64,000 nt of DNA from Candidatus Latescibacterota bacterium (GTDB lineage: Bacteria; Latescibacterota; UBA2968; UBA8231). Below, one piece after another: positions 58,750-64,000 of the stretch (positions are counted from its first letter, which is position 1; every line of letters starts with the position of its first letter). Under the pieces are notes generated by a model. That model was not told where the DNA came from and searched no databases. It saw only the letters and a program-made list of their open reading frames with translations. Both the position numbers and the translations under genes were made by a program. The stretch is taken from NCBI GenBank assembly GCA_965219385.1, contig CBDCNM010000001.1:28976-92975 (forward strand), in the 5' to 3' direction.

Positions 58750-60165
58750 TTATACCATCTGTTCTACTTCGAGAGGTTGCTCCTCGATCACCCGCATGTC
58801 CTTCCACTTGCCCTGGCGGAAGCGGAAGTAGAACACCAGGGCCAGGACGATGACGTAGGCGCACAGAAACCCCCATATCAGGAAGATCCCGGCATTGAAG
58901 TAGGCTTGCGCCACAAAGGCGGGGATGACCATGAGGACCCAGGCCAGGGGGACCGAGACCCACATGATGAAACGGGTGTCGCCGGCGCCCTTGAGAGTGG
59001 CGGTGAAGGTCATGTAGAAGGCGTCGAATATGCAGTAGAGGGCCACGATGCGAAGCAGGGGGATGGCGATGGCGTAGGCCGCGGCAAAATCCGCTCCCTG
59101 GGCGCGCGCCTTGAAGGGTTTCAGGAAAAGTTCCGGCACCGCGATATAGGCCAGGGCCATGACCAGGGTGTAGAGCAGGGCCAGATGGAACCCCGTCCAG
59201 GTGCAGTACTCGGCCGCGGCCGGCTGGTTTCGTCCCAGGCGCTGGCCCACCATGGTGGTCACGGCAATCCCGGAGCCGATCAGCGGCATGAAGGCCAGGC
59301 TGTTGATGTGGGAAGCCAGGTTGGTGGCGGCCAGCGCGATGGTGCCCAGCCGACCCGCGATCAGGATGAAGAGCGAAAAGGCCATGATATCGAGCATGAA
59401 GGTCAGCCCGCTGGGGCCGCCGAAGCGCAGCAGCCGGCCGAAGAGTTCGGGGTCCGGTTTCCAGCCGCGCAGGGTAGCGTATTGCGCCCGGTAGGAACGA
59501 CGCACGATCAGGACAAAGAACAAAGTCGCCGAGAACAGTCCGGCCAGGTTGGTGGCCCAGGCCGCGCCCTCGATGCCCCACTCGGGCAGGCCCCAGCGAC
59601 CGAAGATGAGGGCGTAGTCCAGGACGATGTTGAGGAGGGTCGCGGCGATGTTGACCCCCAGCACGGTCCAGGTCCTGCCGCGCCCGCTGAAAAAGCACGA
59701 AGCCGAGGTCGACAGCACGTGCAGGCCAATGCCGTAGCAGAGGACGCGGAAGTAGGTGGTCTCGGCCTGGCGTATGGCCGGGTCGTGGCCGATCAGGTCG
59801 AAGAGGGGCGCGCTCAGGGCGGCCGGCACCAGGGCCAGCAAACCGCTGAAAAGGGCCAGGTAGACCCCCTGCCAGACCGCGGGACCGACGCGCTCGGGAC
59901 GGCGGGCGCCCGTGTACTGGGCCACGAAGGTGTTGACGTACTGGGCAATGCCGAGGAAGAAGCTGAGGAAGATGAAGTTGGTCATGCCGGCCGGAGCGGC
60001 GGCGGCCAGGGCCTCGGTGGAGTACCAGGAGAGAAAGACCCGGTCGACAAAGTGCTGGATGCTCCAGCTGGCGGTGCTGAGAATGAGCGGAAAGGCAAGC
60101 CCCAGGAATTCGCGGTAGCCGCCCTCTGATTGCCACCTGTGGCTCAGGTACCTGAAAAGCTCCAT
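58750..60165 (-). CDS. MATE family efflux transporter
   Basis: From ATG 60165: MELFRYLSHRWQSEGGYREFLGLAFPLILST..., 12 hydrophobic segments, 471 aa. The track ORF 58750..61071 over-extends through the upstream gene. Confidence 0.85.
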   Translation of the reverse strand: MELFRYLSHRWQSEGGYREFLGLAFPLILSTASWSIQHFVDRVFLSWYSTEALAAAAPAGMTNFIFLSFFLGIAQYVNTFVAQYTGARRPERVGPAVWQGVYLALFSGLLALVPAALSAPLFDLIGHDPAIRQAETTYFRVLCYGIGLHVLSTSASCFFSGRGRTWTVLGVNIAATLLNIVLDYALIFGRWGLPEWGIEGAAWATNLAGLFSATLFFVLIVRRSYRAQYATLRGWKPDPELFGRLLRFGGPSGLTFMLDIMAFSLFILIAGRLGTIALAATNLASHINSLAFMPLIGSGIAVTTMVGQRLGRNQPAAAEYCTWTGFHLALLYTLVMALAYIAVPELFLKPFKARAQGADFAAAYAIAIPLLRIVALYCIFDAFYMTFTATLKGAGDTRFIMWVSVPLAWVLMVIPAFVAQAYFNAGIFLIWGFLCAYVIVLALVFYFRFRQGKWKDMRVIEEQPLEVEQMV

Positions 60166-61184
60166 CAGGCGCTCATGAAGGCGGCGACATCCATACACTC
60201 GCCGTGGCGGCGGGCCGACTCCCGGCCGGCCAGCACCGGGCCCAGGGAGAACAGGCCGTCGTGGTAGTCGTTGAGGATGGCGCTGCCGTCGTTGTTGCGG
60301 ACCGCTTCGATGAAGATGCGGTCCTGTTCGAACCAGGGATCGAATTCCTCGGCCTGGTAGACCTTTTCGCCGTTCATTTCGATGTAGTCGTAGCGCTGCA
60401 CTCCCAGGTAGCCGCCCTCGAAGTAGAGGAGGAAGTAGGGCTCGCCTTGGCGGGATACGGGCGTAGTGGAGAGGAAGCTCAGGGTCATGGTGGCGCCGTT
60501 GCTCAGGCAGAAGTTGAAGGAGCAGGACAACGGCGTATTGTAGGGAGGGGGGTGGTGGTAGAAGGCCTGGGCGCGGACCACATCCAGGCCGCTCATGAAG
60601 CGGGCGTAGTCCACCGCGTGCACCCCCCAGCCAAAGGCGGCGCCCCCGGCCTTGTCCATCTGGTAGTGCCAGTTGTCCTCCTGACCGGGGGGCACCTGTG
60701 TTGCGGGCAGTCCCGCCGTGCTCTGGAAGCGGATGTGGGTGATTTCTTTGTCCCGCAGGAGCCGGCGGGCCTCCTGGAAGATGGGCCGGTAGCGCTCGCG
60801 GAAACACACCGTGCTGAGGACGCCGGACCGCTGTACGGCCGCGTTGATGCAACGGGCCACGGCCATGGTGGTGGACTGGGGTTTTTCGCTGAAGAGGTGG
60901 ATGCCTTTGGAGGCGGCGGCGGCTTCGACATCGGTGCGGGCAAAGGCCGGCACTACCGAGTAGAGGACATCGAGTTCTTCCCGTGCCAGCATGTCGTGGC
61001 CGTCCTGGTAGGTCCTGGGGATGGAAAAGCTCGCGGCCGTGGCTTCGAGGGCCTCTGAATTGATGTCGCACACGGCGACGATTTCGACGCCGTCAAGTTT
61101 GAGCAGGTTGGGAATATGGGTCCTGTTGGCCCAGGAGCCGGTGCCGTACACCCCCACGCGCAGGGCGCGTTCTCTTGTTCCCAT
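60165..61184 (-). CDS. Gfo/Idh/MocA family oxidoreductase
   Basis: LRVGVYGTGSWANRTH Rossmann start, FSEKP motif. Its stop overlaps the MATE start (TGATG). Confidence 0.8.
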   Translation of the reverse strand: MGTRERALRVGVYGTGSWANRTHIPNLLKLDGVEIVAVCDINSEALEATAASFSIPRTYQDGHDMLAREELDVLYSVVPAFARTDVEAAAASKGIHLFSEKPQSTTMAVARCINAAVQRSGVLSTVCFRERYRPIFQEARRLLRDKEITHIRFQSTAGLPATQVPPGQEDNWHYQMDKAGGAAFGWGVHAVDYARFMSGLDVVRAQAFYHHPPPYNTPLSCSFNFCLSNGATMTLSFLSTTPVSRQGEPYFLLYFEGGYLGVQRYDYIEMNGEKVYQAEEFDPWFEQDRIFIEAVRNNDGSAILNDYHDGLFSLGPVLAGRESARRHGECMDVAAFMSA

Positions 61185-61200
61185 GGATTAATTCCTTAGT

Positions 61201-61216
61201 TTAGAAGCCTTCTTAG
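61201..61216. promoter_or_regulatory. Palindromic motif site h (TTAGAAGCCTTCTTAG)
   Basis: Exact core, in the divergent region between 60165..61184 (-) and 61304..61942 (+). Confidence 0.5.
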
Positions 61217-61303
61217 AGCGCCTGACACAATGACGAGCGTCGGCCCAGACGCGAAATTGACGATGTGCCGATAGTATATAAAACCAACCCTTCCAGGGGT
61301 GCA

Positions 61304-61942
61304 ATGGCCAAGAAGAAGAAAGGCGAAAAGACGACCAAACGCGAGGCCTACGGGATCACTGTGCTCAAGGCCTCTCACAAAAAAGTGCGGCAACTTAAAA
61401 AGGAATACGAACCGGAGATTCACGGCGACAAGTTCTGGAACTCCAGCTGGCTGCTCATGGACTACCTGGAACACCAGGGACTGCCCTACCAGGCGCGGGT
61501 CATGGAGGTGGGATGCGGTTGGGGGCTGGCCGGCATGTACTGCGCCAAGCACTACGGCGCCGTGGTCACCGGGGTAGACGCGGACGACACGGTATTTCCC
61601 TACCTGGATTTGCACGCCGAGGTCAATGGCGTCCAGGTAAAAACCATGAAGTCCCAGTTCGAGAATCTGAAGAAAAAACTCTTGGCCAAACAGGATGTGG
61701 TGCTGGGATCGGATATTTGTTTCTGGGACAACATGGTGGATCCTCTCTACAAGCTCGTCAGAAGGGCGGTCAAGGCCGGGGTGCAGCAGGTGGTCTTGGC
61801 CGATCCGGGGCGACCGCCCTTCGAGGAGGTGTGCCAGCGTTGTACGGAAAAATTGGGGGGAGGCACCAAGGAGTGGTCCGTGGAGGAGCCGGTCCGGGCC
61901 AGCGGTACCCTGTTGATCGTGGGCTCGCTGCCTCAAAAGTAA
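61304..61942 (+). CDS. Class I SAM-dependent methyltransferase (Methyltransf_16/lysine-MTase-like) with a Lys-rich N-terminus
   Basis: VMEVGCGWGLAGMYCAK motif I, DVVLGSDICF. ATG 61304 (MAKKKKGEK...). Confidence 0.65.
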   Translation: MAKKKKGEKTTKREAYGITVLKASHKKVRQLKKEYEPEIHGDKFWNSSWLLMDYLEHQGLPYQARVMEVGCGWGLAGMYCAKHYGAVVTGVDADDTVFPYLDLHAEVNGVQVKTMKSQFENLKKKLLAKQDVVLGSDICFWDNMVDPLYKLVRRAVKAGVQQVVLADPGRPPFEEVCQRCTEKLGGGTKEWSVEEPVRASGTLLIVGSLPQK

Positions 61943-61948
61943 GCATTT

Positions 61949-62908
61949 TCAAAACCAGTTTTCCTTGTCCACCACATTGATCAGTTCCCGGCCCTGGGCT
62001 AGGCGCCGGCAGTTTTCGATCAGGAGATCGCGCCGGCGTTCTGCCAGATAGGGACCGGAAGCGGCCACGTGGGGAGTCATCAAGAAGTTGGGGGCCTTCC
62101 ACAGGGGGTGGTCCTCCGGCAGGGGTTCGGTCTCGAAGACATCCAGGGCCGCACCGCCTATGGCGCCGGCGCGGAGGGCCTGGTTCAAATCATCCAGCAC
62201 CACATTGGAACCGCGGCCTATGTTGATGAATACGGCCGTTTTTTTCATCTTGCTCAGACGCTCCTCGTCGATGAGCCGCTGCGTGCCGGGGGTCTGGGGG
62301 GCGGTCATGATGACGAAATCGGCCCGGTCCAGTTGCTGGTCCAATTCCTCCGGTCGGTACAGCTCGTCGACCCCTTCGGGCGCTTGAGGGACGCGCGGGT
62401 CGACGCCGATGACGTGCATGCCGAAGTAGGAGCAGTGCTGCGCCGTGGTCCCGCCGATGCCGCCGACGCCGATGATGAGGGCGGTGGATTCGGGCAGGTA
62501 GATGGATTCGCTGGCTTCGCCGCGCCCGATCCACTCGCCGCGAAACTGCGCCGGGAAATAGTGGTGCATGCCGCGGGCAAAGGCCAGGACAAAGGCCAGG
62601 ATGTGGGCGCTGATGTGGTCGTTGTAGATGCCGCGCACATTGGTCACGGTGACCGGGCTGGCGATCAATTCGGGAAAATAAAAGCTCGGATCGGGACCAG
62701 CGGCAGGACAGGCCAGCCATTCCAATTGGGAGGCCGCGGTCAGGAGTTCGGGGTCCATGGTGCCAAAGGCGCCCCTGGCCGTGGGCAGGGCTTCGAGGGC
62801 TTCCGCGCGCGTGGCGTAGGTGACGACTTCGATCTCGGGAACGGCCTGGCGGACCGAGGTTGCCAGATCCTGGGAGGGGGGTGGAAGAAAAACGAATCTT
62901 GCTTTCAC
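61949..62908 (-). CDS. D-isomer-specific 2-hydroxyacid dehydrogenase family protein
   Basis: IIGVGGIGGTTA NAD motif, INIGRG, PHVAAS catalytic His region. Confidence 0.85.
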   Translation of the reverse strand: MKARFVFLPPPSQDLATSVRQAVPEIEVVTYATRAEALEALPTARGAFGTMDPELLTAASQLEWLACPAAGPDPSFYFPELIASPVTVTNVRGIYNDHISAHILAFVLAFARGMHHYFPAQFRGEWIGRGEASESIYLPESTALIIGVGGIGGTTAQHCSYFGMHVIGVDPRVPQAPEGVDELYRPEELDQQLDRADFVIMTAPQTPGTQRLIDEERLSKMKKTAVFINIGRGSNVVLDDLNQALRAGAIGGAALDVFETEPLPEDHPLWKAPNFLMTPHVAASGPYLAERRRDLLIENCRRLAQGRELINVVDKENWF

Positions 62909-62985
62909 GAATGACCTTCTTTCTGGTTTAACATCCCGATAACATCAGTACTTCACGGAATCGGCGGGCGGGCGGCGGGGCTTGT

Positions 62986-63010
62986 GCCTCTGGGGTTTTA
63001 TGATGCCCAG
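62986..63010 (+). repeat. Intergenic repeat family, copy 4 (short fragment of the 5' end)
   Basis: GCCTCTGGGGTTTTATGATGCCCAG compared with GCCTCTGGCGTTTTATGAGTCCCAG in copies 1 and 2. A second AGCCCAGATGG follows at about 63021. Confidence 0.45.
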
Positions 63011-63211
63011 GCGCTCTTAGAGCCCAGATGGGGGTTTTCGCATGGACTCTTATCAAACCGCTGAATATACGGCGTCGGCGCGGGACATACAACCTTTGCA
63101 GAACAGATCAACGGCCTGGCGACCTGAGTCGGGCTTGGTCGTTTGCCCGGGATATTTTAGTTTCTTGAAAGCTGCCAATACCCGTTTCTCAATGTCGGAA
63201 AAGGAGAGCAC

Positions 63212-63562
63212 ATGGCCCCAGTGAAAATCTACCACAACCCGCGTTGCAGCAAGAGCCGGCAAACCCTCGAACTCCTCCGCGCCCAGGGCATCGAGCCGGA
63301 GATCGTGGAGTACCTGAAAAACCCACCGGACGAGAAGACCCTGGAGCAACTGCTGGCGCAATTGGGCATGGAACCCGGGGAAGTGATGCGCACCAAGGAG
63401 GACGAGTACAAAGAGCTGGGCCTGGATGCACAACAGGGCGACCGCGCGGCACTGATTCGCGCCATGGTGGAAAATCCCATCCTCATTGAGCGGCCCATCG
63501 TGGTAAAGGGCGCAAAGGCGCGTTTGGGCCGTCCCCCCGAACAGGTCCTGGAGATCCTGTAA
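63212..63562 (+). CDS. arsC: ArsC/Spx-family arsenate reductase (glutaredoxin-coupled type)
   Basis: KIYHNPRCSKSRQTLELL...EIVEYLKNPP...ERPIVV, closely parallel to the R773/E. coli ArsC N-terminus. AAGGAGAG RBS. Confidence 0.8.
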   Translation: MAPVKIYHNPRCSKSRQTLELLRAQGIEPEIVEYLKNPPDEKTLEQLLAQLGMEPGEVMRTKEDEYKELGLDAQQGDRAALIRAMVENPILIERPIVVKGAKARLGRPPEQVLEIL

Positions 63563-63572
63563 GAACGCACCC

Positions 63573-64000
63573 ATGGGGGAGAAAAGGCTGAAACTCGGGT
63601 TTCTGGCCTCGCACGGTGGCACCAATATGCAGGCCATCATCGACGCCTGCAAGGAAGGCCGCCTGCAGGCCGAGCCGCGGGTGGTGATCGGCAACAACTC
63701 GCGCTCCGGCGCCCTGGAGCGGGCCCGCGGGGAGGACATCCCGGCCTGTCACCTGAGCAGCCGCACCCATCCCGATCCCGCCGAACTGGACGCGGCTATT
63801 CTCGCAACCCTGCGGCAACATCAGGTCGAGGTGGTCTGCCTGGCCGGGTACATGAAGCGGCTGGGCGCGGCCACTCTGGCGGCCTATCGGGGACGCATCC
63901 TCAACATCCACCCGGCGCTGCTGCCCAAATTCGGGGGCCAGGGTTTTTACGGAGAGGCCGTGCACCGGGCCGTGCTGGCCGCCGGCAAAACCGAAAGCGG
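63573..64000 (+). CDS. purN: Phosphoribosylglycinamide formyltransferase (3' end beyond the window)
   Basis: Own translation from ATG 63573: MGEKRLKLGFLASHGGTNMQAIIDAC...VCLAGYMKRL...ILNIHPALLPKFGGQG. Not in the ORF track because no stop lies in the window. Confidence 0.85.
   Translation, partial: MGEKRLKLGFLASHGGTNMQAIIDACKEGRLQAEPRVVIGNNSRSGALERARGEDIPACHLSSRTHPDPAELDAAILATLRQHQVEVVCLAGYMKRLGAATLAAYRGRILNIHPALLPKFGGQGFYGEAVHRAVLAAGKTES

Noticed and set aside
60166-61071. N-terminal 302 codons of the 773-aa track ORF 58750..61071 as part of a giant MATE protein.
   Set aside because: That portion overlaps, in another frame, a complete Gfo/Idh/MocA gene and is Pro/Arg/Gly-rich. The MATE homology begins at ATG 60165.

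Overview
GC-rich bacterial chromosomal window, almost fully coding: about 55 protein genes and one tRNA-Leu, with no rRNA, CRISPR array or obvious prophage. One protein carries a T9SS-type C-terminal sorting domain, which suggests an FCB-group (Bacteroidota-related) lineage. At least two promoters look sigma70-like. The right half is mostly housekeeping: aroC-like, carA, proC-hisH-hisF-proB, ftsB-like, recO, glyQS, tRNA-Leu, tig-clpP-clpX, engB, serA, purA, prpB plus a citrate-synthase homologue, and purN. The rest is accessory: an MFP/RND/RND/TolC efflux operon, a GNAT/N-succinylamino-acid-racemase/M20 operon, several Gfo/Idh/MocA oxidoreductases, and a radical-SAM/aminotransferase cluster. 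The main finding is at 10051..13547. Two tandem DUF3179-family lipoprotein genes each carry one in-frame TGA, exactly where a third, adjacent paralogue (and the family in general) has the conserved Cys of the CPL motif. Each TGA is followed 14 nt later by the same hairpin, and the two hairpins differ by a compensatory base-pair change. I read these as candidate selenocysteine-containing DUF3179 proteins. Next to them lies a membrane FAD/NAD(P) oxidoreductase fused to a NapH-like polyferredoxin. Other recurring signals are an intergenic palindrome (AGAAGSCTTCT, 8 sites), a roughly 170-bp repeat family (4 copies), a frameshifted VIT1 gene, an RND pump with a repetitive hydrophobic insertion, and a SWIB protein with nine KKAAP repeats. 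All functions are inferred from motifs read by eye; no database search was possible.
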